The notes under the pieces: model-generated
Seen by the model: only the letters and a program-made list of their open reading frames with translations
The model's database searches: none
What the model was told of the DNA's origin: nothing
DNA from: Strigamia acuminata
Lineage: Eukaryota
Assembly: GCA_949358305.1 (NCBI GenBank)
Contig: OX442314.1
Coordinates: forward strand, 1,488,001 to 1,552,000
Direction: 5' to 3'
DNA: 64,000 bases
Made by a program: the position numbers and the translations under genes
Shown here: one piece after another, positions 28,301-37,882 of the stretch
Numbering within the stretch: position 1 is the first letter of the stretch
Layout: every line of letters begins with the position of its first letter

Positions 28301-31300
28301 TCCCTGGACTCATCAATGACTAAATGTTTTGTTTCGACTACCTCATTTGTAATTGGATTCCAAACCCTATAACCCCTTGTAGTGAATGCATACCCCACCA
28401 GTATGCCCTTCCATGCTCTTGAGTCGAGTTTGCTAGCTCTTTTGGGTTTGGGAATATGTACGAAACATAACGAGCCAATTGCACGTAAATGCTTCACTGC
28501 CATGCTTCTTTGTCTGAATTTAATGTAAGGAATTTGTCCCTTCGCAAATAAATGTGGATACCTGTTCTTTAAATAAATGTAGCTGACAGCCAATTCTGCC
28601 CACAAAATCCACGGCAAATTTGTATCCTCAATTATTGCGCGCACATTGTTTAATATTGAGCGGTTTAATCGCTCCGCAATGCCGTTCATTTGTGCTGAGT
28701 ACGGGTTTGTTCTTTGGGCACCAATGCCCTTTTGTTGCAGAAAAGAATCAAATTCCTTGCTGCAAAACTCTCCACCCCGATCCGTTCTAATTTCATGAAC
28801 TTTCCTATTTGAACGGCGCTCAACGCGCGCCAAGAATGTTTTAAAAATCGGAAAGGCCTCATCTTTTGTTTTCATAGGATAAACCCACGAAAAACGCGTT
28901 GCATCATCAACAATGCACAACAGATAACGTGCACCACCCAGTGATGTTGTGGGGTTGGGCCCCCACACGTCTATATGCAACAATTCAAGCGGTTCCCCAC
29001 GCTCGCGATCATCTCTAACTTTGTAATTAGCACGGGTTGATTTTGCAATTCTGCATGAATCGCACGCAAAATTGTTTAGATTTCCTGTGAAATCTAATCC
29101 CGTGGTCTCCTCACTTTTCAACAACGTGGCTAGCCCCTGAACATGCATGTGGGCAAAACGCTTATGCCACGTGTCGACCGAAACTGCAAAACTTTGCACA
29201 ACAGGTGCAGGTTGTTGGGAAACAATTTCATAATTTGGACTCTTGCTCTGCAATTGCTCAATTCGTTTTACAACATTTTGTTCAATCAATGGTAAAACCT
29301 GGGTAACATTTTGTGAAATTGGATTAACAATGGTATTTGACACATTTTGATTCATTTGAACCTGGCCTTGGACACGATACAATCCATCTGTCTGCCTGTT
29401 CGCTAACAATAAACACTCTTTGTTGTTTTGTAAATACACTCTCAACACACCATTGTAAATGTGTTGATTGAACCCTGCTTCATCAATTTTAGCACTCGAA
29501 ATTAAATTGCGTTTGAAACCCTTGACAAAATACACATTTATTAAGTCCACATGGTTGTGGATTCCATTCGCAAATGTGCTGATGTTTACAGCACCACAGC
29601 CAGTAATACTAGCTGTGCCCTGGCCCAATTGTAATTTGGTTGGAGGTAATGACTTGAAAGTCTGAAAATATTCCAATTTTCCACATACATGGTCTGATGC
29701 GCCGGAATCCACAAACCATGCGTCCTCATCACATACTTTTTCAATTGAATTGGACACACTTTCCCCCAAAAATGATGCATAAAAGGCTCCACGCAAACCC
29801 TTGCCTCGTTGGGGCTGTCCGCGCCCTTTGCCACGTCCACGAGTGTTGTCCTGTTGTTTTGTATTTGGCATTTGACAGTTCCGTGCAATATGTCCCTTTT
29901 CGTGGCAATTGTAACATAAAATATTGGAAAAGTTGCTCTTACCTCCTTTGTTGTCTTGTTTCCTCGATCCTTGCTGATTGTTGGAAGCACTGACACTGAG
30001 AGCACTGGATTCCATCGTTGGAGAACTCGTTCCTGTCGTGTATCGACGACGTGCACTCTCGGCAAGCAATGCCTCGGAAACTTTATCAAACGTGAAGTCC
30101 CCGTCACTCCACTGGTAAATAGCCTGCACTTGATGTTCGTAGTCTTTACGAATTCTATTTATTAAAGTATAGGCTTTTACTTTGTCATTCGGCTCTTGTT
30201 TTATTGATTTCAATTCGTCGGCTGCCAATTCGACACGTGTGATAAACGTATCGACTTCCTCTTTATCGCCGCAACGTATCGTGTAGAAATCCTCGAGAAT
30301 CTTTGCATTTCTCGCGACTGACGTGGGTTCATGCAGCTTTTTCAGGTAATCCCATACCTCTTTCGATGTATCCAGCTTTAACAGCGACGGTTTCAGTCTG
30401 GTTGCGACGCTGTTGCACAAAATTCCACGTGCACGAGCTTTCCGCTTCTCGTATTTCGCCAAATCCGCTGCCGACGTTCCATCCGGCGGCGCTTTAATTG
30501 TTTCGTCGTGGAATCCCCACAAATTGAGTTCCTGAAGCAACAATTGAACGTCCACTTTCCACGTCTCGTAGTTGTTTTTGTCAAGCGGCGCGATTCCTGC
30601 CGCCGCCGACGCCGCGCTTCCCTTCGACGCCATTTTTCCGTCGTATCGTCGCTATTTTCCGTCGATATCGGGTTTTAGCAGAACCATCCTCTGCTACCAT
30701 GTAGGACACTCGCCAAAATATTCATAAACGCAGTGGAAATAATAAAATACCCGATATATGAATGTCCTATCCAATAAATCGTCAAACGTCGGGCGGCGCG
30801 TCGTTAGGCTTTCCGGCGATGCGTATGCTCGGCGTCGTTCGCGTTGTGGAAACGTTCGCTCCTCGGGACGTGTATTCAACGTGAAATACAACGAAAATAA
30901 ATATAAAGTTTTGTAAAATAAATGTACTCACATGTGATAATGTTATATTATCACATATTAACCAATGTGAAACCAATGTCTGGGTTTCACAATCCAAGCT
31001 GTGTTCAAATGTAGTTGAATCTTAAATGTAATGTCCAAAACTGTTAGTTTTCCATGCCTAGAAAATAGGTGAAGTTGGTCCAATCTGGGCCTATTTTCAT
31101 GAATGTATAATGAGGTGTCTGGCAGAAGAAAAACACACGTACACGGTTGAAAACTAAAACAGAATGAATGACTTTTATTCTGGTGACGTCATTGAATTTA
31201 CACACAGTACAAATCTTATGACAAAACGAAAAAGATAATAAATAAAGATACAATCTCTCACCACGATGATGTCATTGCTTTGACATCATCACCACAGACT

Positions 31301-31558
31301 AACACGTTACGAGAACATTAACACATTTCGTGTGGCGCCCTCGTACCGCATACAAGCAACAACACTATAACATTTTACATCAAATAAGCCGAAATTCATC
31401 CAGTTTATACAATAAACGATCAACATATATCAAACCATTTACTGACACAAATATGCTTTCACAATTTCGACTTAAGACTCTAAATTCTCGTATTTAAACA
31501 ATGTTATACAATTCAATTATCAGATTTTAACGTCTAACAATTATCTCTTTATGTAACA
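25318..31558 (-). mobile_element. Complete Ty1/copia LTR retrotransposon 1 (MBD-containing)
   Basis: 859-bp LTRs 25318-26176 and 30700-31558 (TG...CA, apparently identical), TSD CAATT, tRNA-iMet PBS 30682-30699, PPT next to 26177. Confidence 0.97.
26212..30633 (-). CDS. Copia gag-pol, 1473 aa: gag, CCHC knuckle, protease, integrase, MBD-like insert, RT, RNase H
   Basis: CYNCHEKGHIARNC, WFVDSGAS, WHKRFAH, HIDVWGP, RTDRGGEF, YVDD, YTDASWA; domain order PR-IN-RT-RH. Confidence 0.97.
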   Translation of the reverse strand: MASKGSAASAAAGIAPLDKNNYETWKVDVQLLLQELNLWGFHDETIKAPPDGTSAADLAKYEKRKARARGILCNSVATRLKPSLLKLDTSKEVWDYLKKLHEPTSVARNAKILEDFYTIRCGDKEEVDTFITRVELAADELKSIKQEPNDKVKAYTLINRIRKDYEHQVQAIYQWSDGDFTFDKVSEALLAESARRRYTTGTSSPTMESSALSVSASNNQQGSRKQDNKGGKSNFSNILCYNCHEKGHIARNCQMPNTKQQDNTRGRGKGRGQPQRGKGLRGAFYASFLGESVSNSIEKVCDEDAWFVDSGASDHVCGKLEYFQTFKSLPPTKLQLGQGTASITGCGAVNISTFANGIHNHVDLINVYFVKGFKRNLISSAKIDEAGFNQHIYNGVLRVYLQNNKECLLLANRQTDGLYRVQGQVQMNQNVSNTIVNPISQNVTQVLPLIEQNVVKRIEQLQSKSPNYEIVSQQPAPVVQSFAVSVDTWHKRFAHMHVQGLATLLKSEETTGLDFTGNLNNFACDSCRIAKSTRANYKVRDDRERGEPLELLHIDVWGPNPTTSLGGARYLLCIVDDATRFSWVYPMKTKDEAFPIFKTFLARVERRSNRKVHEIRTDRGGEFCSKEFDSFLQQKGIGAQRTNPYSAQMNGIAERLNRSILNNVRAIIEDTNLPWILWAELAVSYIYLKNRYPHLFAKGQIPYIKFRQRSMAVKHLRAIGSLCFVHIPKPKRASKLDSRAWKGILVGYAFTTRGYRVWNPITNEVVETKHLVIDESRDWKSFNAVDINVQQPDLDTNGYDSDESGLYQQEFHDPMPPTTPPGSPPVMRKVPAPLAQVPPQVGPMAQAPIPTQPVQGGAKVKKPRIATRTTDADGWDREQVTRQGGVTAGRIDVLFYAPDGTGPLKTKKDVEAYCRGNRIFFNPLKFDFTPVKEPINTIEQSSDEEPMETVLTATTPPISVYCAVTQPKTYEEAASSPQSKEWREAMEEEIETLQEREVYEEVPRPKAKVLGHKWVYKLKPDEDGNIVRYRARVVAQGFRQTQGVDYTEVFSPVVNFTLIRLFFCLLVILRGWVDVHLDVKCAYLYGKLDCPIHMEIPQGFKTPGTDNVWLLYKSLYGLHQSGRMWFEELNTSLLDLGFTKVIGCNCVYTFDRNAVLLIYVDDMILFAKDVETQSALIDLIKQKFNIVNLGRITKLLGVKFYRENGKVCLHQKHFIDKLAVKFNLTQNTKVRVPIAAGSTFNHNVKEVDPNSDFPYRSLVGSLMFLASRTRPDILYSTIYMSQFNTSYTQKHVKALVQIAQYVVNTKNYCVNLSKCINTDLRIYTDASWATDLHHCKSFGGFALFMGDALISWGCRKQSSVACSTMEAEYLALVHAVQEGYWLSSIFESCVLFDYINMPIVYSDSLSSIQFVENDLENSKTKHIRIRYCFLRDWFEKKYFSIEKIPTKWNLADLFTKWLPQDRLKDLCADMLDV

Positions 31559-32317
31559 CAATTAGCTCACCCGCGTGTTCGTCATCTTTGCTCGCCGCCG
31601 AGAGGATTTGCCTTCCATCGGGTGCCCGAGCGTGTCTGTCTTTTTCGAAGTCTTCGTCGCGCCAAACGTTGTTCGCGACGATGATCACGATGTTTCCTCG
31701 CAGTTCGCCGACCTCGCGGTTTACCCGCTTCGCTCGTTGGATACGGAAGGTCGATCGGTTTATTTTTGAATTTTGGTCGCCGAGTTCGAATTTGCCGCCG
31801 AATTTGTTCGCGCGGTCTCTCGCCGTAATATGTTTTGTTTCTTTTTTTTTTTCTTTCTTGATTTTCTGTTTAATTTTTATTTATTTATTTATTTATTTAT
31901 TTTTTTATTTATTAATTAATTAATTTATTTTTTTTTTTTACGAACCAAAAAAAAAAAAAACACATTTTAAGACCTCGGTCTTTCCTTTTTCTCCCCGTAC
32001 AAAGCCAACAACGAAACATTTGCGACTTTGGCCACTTTGAATCGCGCGCCGGGAACATCACCAATGGCGTGCCCCGCTACAACCGAATCCGGCAACCAAA
32101 ACTCCGTCGTCCGCCTCGTTAAATAACAACTACGATTAATGTGGATTTTTTTTTATTTTTATTTTTATTTTTATTCTTATTTTTTTTATTTTTAATTAAT
32201 TAAAACAAATAAAAAGAAATGAAGAAGAAGTCATACAATACAAAAAAAAACAAAAAAACAAAAAAACAAAAAAAGGTCAAATAAAATCGAATGCACGGTC
32301 CACCGATGCTGTCTCCG

Positions 32318-32835
32318 TCATCCCTGGTGGGCGGTCGGTGCTTGAAATCTATGCGCTTCCACCCAATGGGTAGAGAGATCCTCGAAAAAGGGTGTTTCCG
32401 CGCAAAACGGACAGCGTCCGTCGTTGTGTCGGTACACCCGTCTCAGTGCCTTGAAAAAAAAATAAAAAATAAAAAAAAATAAATTAGTTGACTAGTTAAC
32501 TCGGCGAAGAAACTAAAAGCTCACCAATGCCAAACGAACGGGGTCGCGCGAATGGATTCGTAGCAGCCCTCGGGTGGAATCGTCCGCATCTCCGCCGATG
32601 TTATGGTACCGTCGCCAGTGACGAAAGGCATCTTTACAGAAAACACCGTTCGGTTCTGAAACGAGAAAAAATTAAAATCAAATAAAATATACATAATTAA
32701 AAAATAAATAAATAAATAAATTGAACAACTGATAAGTAAATAAATGGATGTTTGTTTCTTACTGTCGGGGTATTTACCGCAGCACAAAGCGCAGTAATGT
32801 GACTTGTCGCCCTCTGCATGCTGCGCTCCTTCCAT
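32318..32835 (-). CDS. Second small double zinc-finger-like protein, 3 coding exons
   Basis: HYCALC..DAFRHWRRYH..RGLLRIHSRDP..RCPFCAETP..THWVEAH; same intron positions as 23705-24204. Confidence 0.7.
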
Positions 32836-33139
32836 CTTTCTTCTGTGTGGGAGACGAGTAGAGAATTGAAAATAAATTGGAGAGAGAAACCACACAAAAC
32901 ACCAAACTTACCAACGGAGACGAAGTGCCGATGAAAACCGGGAGGAAAATGAAACACTCGCGCGATATACGCTGTCGGACCAACGTGCGCGTTTGTCGTG
33001 ACATCTGGTGTCGAGCTCGCAAACCATTTCGTGGCCGCGCGAGTCGAGGCCGTCGACTTCGAGTGGTAGCCGAGACCGTAAATGAATTCGCTTTTACCGC
33101 GACGAATCTCGCGCGACCGCGACTCCGCAAAAATACCGT

Positions 33140-33595
33140 ATATGGCCCGTAACGGCCCGCCGACGGTCCCGTAACGGTCCCGTCACGACCCCGTCAACGG
33201 CTTGTACGGGCCGTGATGGGGTCGTGACGGGACCGTCGGCGGCCCGTTAACGGACCGTGCGGGCCGTTACGGGATCGTGACGGTCCCGTCACGATCCCGT
33301 CAACGGCTTGTACGGGCCGTTACGAGATCGTGACGGTCCCGTTGGCGGCTCGTTAACGGCCCGTACAAGCCGTTGACGGGATCGTGACGGTCCCGTCACG
33401 ATCCCGTAACGGCTCGCACGGGCCGTTAACGGGCCGCCGACGGTCCCGTGACGGTCCCGTAACGGCCTTCGTTCCCGGACTTCGGCTCGCCGACGGCCCG
33501 TACGACCTCATGCGGGCCGTTAACGGCCCGTTAACGGGCCGCCGACGGTCCCGTCACGATCCCGTAACGGCCCGTCATGATCCCGTAACGGGCTG
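33140..33595. repeat. Block of the GTTAAC-centred satellite, mixed orientation
   Basis: Same ACGGGATCGTG/CCGTTAACGG subunits as 52510-57530. Confidence 0.85.
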
Positions 33596-33706
33596 AAAAC
33601 GGGAAAACTGAGGGAGTCGGGTGCGAGACCACGTGACCCGGAGTGTGGTTTTTGGGGGCGAGGGCCGTCCTCCGACCGCGCCGTGACGCGCCCCGAGTCG
33701 GATCAA

Positions 33707-33993
33707 GAGTCACGGCGCGTCGCGGCGCTTTCGGAGCACGCGACCCGATCCCCCCCCTCCCTCCCGTCACAAAAACCACGTTTTAGCGAAACCCTTGACC
33801 GGTCACAAAACCCACCGAACACCGAAAAGCAACGAACAAAACGCGCTCGGTCGCACGAACTACTCGGCCAAAACAACATCCGCAAATTCCGCATCGCAGT
33901 CGCGATCAACGAAACAACGTATAGGCCGCCGTAATGTTAAAAAGCGGGACCCTTTCGCCCCCGACAAAATCCGCACACATACCCCAAGGTTAA
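33707..33993. mobile_element. Putative piggyBac-type terminus A: ...CACACATACCCCAAGG|TTAA (end 33989)
   Basis: About 280 bp shared with 51301-51582; identity stops exactly after GG-TTAA. Confidence 0.7.
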
Positions 33994-34038
33994 ACGAGCG
34001 TTTCATTCGCCCATTTATCCGTCGGTCTCTTCTAGGCC

Positions 34039-34215
34039 ATGGCGGACGGTTTTCCCAAAACTGACGCGGACGCGCGTGTGTGGGTCGCCACGACAACATC
34101 GCCCTCTTCCTTCTCGCTTCGACGGACGACTGTGTGTGTTCGCTCAATCCGCGACGTCTTCACGACCGAACACGTGTCAATTTTGGACAGCCGACTGGCC
34201 GATTAATTCTGTTTC
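34039..34215 (+). pseudogene. Internally deleted remnant of the piggyBac transposase gene (5' codons joined to 3' flank)
   Basis: 34039-34098 resembles 4505-4565; 34150-34215 resembles 7043-7110. Confidence 0.75.
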
Positions 34216-34268
34216 GTTTTATTTTATTATATTTTATTGTATTTTATTTCATTTTTCCATTTTTATTA

Positions 34269-34318
<50 letters not shown>

Positions 34319-34474
34319 TAACAACAACAAAAACAAAGGCGATGACGACGTATTGTCGGTGCCAACGAGGAAAAAAAAAAAAAAAAACAAAAAAAAAAAA
34401 GAAGAAGAATTGAAAACAAATGAAACAGGGATAAATAAAAACGAACGAATTAACTAATTAATTAATCGATCAAT

Positions 34475-35565
34475 TTATTGGTCCACCGGTCGATCGGTCG
34501 CGTCGGGGCGCGTTGGAGCGATGGCCCGGTGCTCGCGGTACCCACTCGTCGTGGCCGTGGCCGCGTCCATCGCCTCGTCCGACTCGGATCGCTCTCGGGT
34601 TTCGGTCGGTCCTTCGGCAACGACAATGGTGGCTGGCGGTTGGTCGTCGGGCTCTCGGGTCGGCGAGTGACTCAACTGGGGACAAGTAAAGTAAAGTAAA
34701 GTAAAGTAAAGTAAAGTAAAATAAAACAAAGTAAATGGAAAATAAATTGGCCGGGGTGGGACGGTGTCTAATCGAAATCGAGTTTGACCCCGTGCGCCGT
34801 GAAATGGGAAGGGGGGAAAGAGAGAGAGACAGAGACAGACAGACACTCACGTGTTCTTGTCTCGGGCGCTTCTCGAGATCCAACGCCTTTTTTTTTAAGT
34901 CCTCCACCTCCACGTCATGAGCCGACTCCGACTCCGGCTCCGACTCGAGTGGTCGTCGTTGTTGTTGCTGCCACTGCTGCCACTGCTGCTCTCGCTCCCG
35001 CTCCCACTGCTGCTCCGACTGCTCCAGCTCCAATCGCTCCCGCTCCAATCCCTCCCACTCTCGCTGCTCCCGCTCTCGTTGCTCCCGCTCCTGTCGACGC
35101 CACGCCCGCCGATAGACCGCGCTTTCTCGGTCCAACTGTTCGAGACGCAAATGGATTTGGCGCTGGTGGGACACCTCTTGTAGTCTCAACCGCTCATCAA
35201 GTTCTCTCTTCTTCGCCTCCAACCGTCTTCGCATCTCTCGCTTGAACCTCTCCAACTCGTCGTCCGTGGTTCGACGCAGTTGTCGTTGCTCCTCTCCCAG
35301 CTGGTTTCCCAGCGCCCACAGGAGCCGCGCGGTCGACGGCGGCTCTTCCTCCCCCTCCTCTCCTTCCTTCTTTTCGAACGGCAGCTCGAATTCGACCGCC
35401 CCAGTCTAGAGAGAACGAAGGAACGAACGAATGAACAAAAATATTGCGCCGGGTAACGCGGGGCAACGCGAAAATTTTTACTCACTTCGACCTCGAGTTT
35501 GACTCCTCGTTTAACGTCGCGCAACATGGCGGCGTCGATCTCGGTTAGGTCTTCGTCGTCGTTGT

Positions 35566-35643
<78 letters not shown>

Positions 35644-35811
35644 CAACGACAGCGCCATTGCCGTCTTCTTCGTCGTCGTCGGTGATGTCAACCTGAAAGC
35701 AAAATTTTAAGCGGGGCGACGTGACACGTCGAAGAAAATAAACGCGCTCACCGTGACGACGGGAATGGGCGGCCATCTCGGATCCTCGTTTCGTTCGCGG
35801 TTCGGTTCCAT
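34475..35811 (-). CDS. Diverged paralog of the 7371-8954 coiled-coil gene
   Basis: MEPNRERNEDPRWPPIPVVT start, same exon layout, frame appears open. Confidence 0.6.
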
Positions 35812-36033
35812 CTGAAAAACGGAACGAAAAGTTGACGCCGACTGACGAGAACGAAATGGTTGTCGCGGTAATAGCGTTGGAGAAACTTACCACGTTGTGT
35901 ATGTATGTATGTATGTATGTATGTATGTATGTATGTATGTATGTATGAATGGATAAATGTCTGTCGGTCGTCGAACGAAGTTGGTCGCAAAACGCAGACG
36001 TCGCGTGGTCGGGAAAAGTGCACTCACTCACAT

Positions 36034-36096
<63 letters not shown>

Positions 36097-36295
36097 GAGA
36101 TGTGACGCTAGAGCATGTCGGTCGACCGGTGACGCGAAAAAGATTAATGAATAAACGACACTAATAATGGCAATAACTGACAACTAATAATTAATAATCA
36201 ATAATTAATTAATAATCGACGATTAATAATCAATAACCGATAATGATTAGTAATAACGACAAACGTCGTCATCGAAAATAGCGACGCTTTGTCTC

Positions 36296-36541
36296 CGGGC
36301 CCGGGTGGCCGAGCGGGCAGAGTTACCTGCCGTACGGAGTTGTGGATCGAGGGTTCGAATCCCGCTCCCGCGAGTTTTCGTTTCTGGCAAAGCTGTATTG
36401 TCAAACACGCATTCCATTGACATTGCCATACATTGTGCCGTTTCAGTTTGGTCCCTTCTTCGTTTCAGATAGTGATGGTGAACACTCTCCCGCGAGGTTG
36501 CGGGAGGGTGGGGGGGAGTCGAAAGATTCGGCTCTCCTTTT
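36296..36541 (+). ncRNA. tRNA-like cassette 9
   Basis: A box, B box GGTTCGAATCC, middle segment related to cassettes 5 and 7, conserved hairpins. Confidence 0.7.
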
Positions 36542-36790
36542 ATTTCTTCGTTTTATTTTTTTATTTTCATTTACCGTTCTCATCTTTATTTTCATTCTCG
36601 TTTTTTATTTTCGTTTACATGTTTCTATTTTTATTTCCACGGTGTGTCGGGAGGGCGCGCGAAAACCTACTCGCCCAATCTCCGTGGTCGCATTTTCCAA
36701 ATTTTGTCACTGGATTTCGCGCTTGCGGTGGGGATGGGCGCGCGCAGGCTCCGTCGTCGTGCCAGAAACTCCACTGTGTGATGTAGTCGC

Positions 36791-36821
<31 letters not shown>

Positions 36822-36996
36822 ACCTAAACCACCACCACCACCACCACCACCACCATCGTCGTCTCTTCTCTCCTTTTCTTTTAATTTTTGTTAATTTTTG
36901 TTAATTTTTGTTAATTTTGTAATTTTGTAATTTTGTAATTTTGTAATTTTGTAATTTTTGAAATTTTTATTTTTAACTTTTGAATGTACAAATGTA

Positions 36997-37035
<39 letters not shown>

Positions 37036-37177
37036 ATACAATAATCAGACTTTATTCTTCAGTCTTAAAAATATAAAAAAAATAAAAAAAAAAAATATTG
37101 TAAACCACTCGTTTACGGTCCACGGGGAAATAAATAAATAAATAAATACATAAATGAATGAATGAATGAATGAATAA

Positions 37178-37513
37178 TTAGAATCGAAGAGTGGCTGTCG
37201 TCGTCGTCGTCGCCGCCGTCGCCGCCGGTCCTCTCCTCGCCACCTTTACCACCGGTCGCCCCTTTGTCGTCGCCTTCGTCGTCCACCGGCTCGTATCATC
37301 GGCCATCGCTCCCATCCACTTCTTCTCCACCCTCTCCAACATGTTCTCGAATCGTTCCTCCGTTCTCGCCAGCATCGCTTCCAATTTTGCCTCCGTCCTC
37401 GCCATCATCTTCTCGACCATCGCCTCCAGCGCCGTCTCCTCGCTCTTCTTTTCACTCGGTGTCGGTGGCGGCGGCGGCGGCGGTGGTCGCGCAGACGCAC
37501 CCCCTCGACGCAA
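37178..37513 (-). pseudogene. Last exon of a paralog of the 12250-12883 gene; upstream exon not seen
   Basis: RRGGASARPPPP..EKKSE similarity; upstream sequence is (GA)n and complex repeats. Confidence 0.55.
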
Positions 37514-37529
37514 CTAGCGAAAAAAAAAA

Positions 37530-37656
<127 letters not shown>

Positions 37657-37659
37657 GAG

Positions 37660-37739
37660 AGAGAGTGCACTGTTCACGCGCCCACATGCGTGAACAGTGC
37701 ACTCGCCCTCCGCGCCCCGTCGGCGTAGGCGCCGGCCGT

Positions 37740-37777
<38 letters not shown>

Positions 37778-37844
37778 GCCCGGGAATCGCCCTTCCGCCC
37801 GTCACCGAATTTTGTCAATATCTGATAAATTAGGCGCCGGCCGT

Positions 37845-37882
<38 letters not shown>

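Larger units (their letters stand above)
24921..32118. repeat. Long inverted repeat pair (24921-~25160 / ~31750-32118), each outer end abutting TTAA, enclosing Copia 1
   Basis: 24930-25085 is a near reverse complement of 31958-32110; TTAA at 24917-24920 and 32119-32122. Confidence 0.8.
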
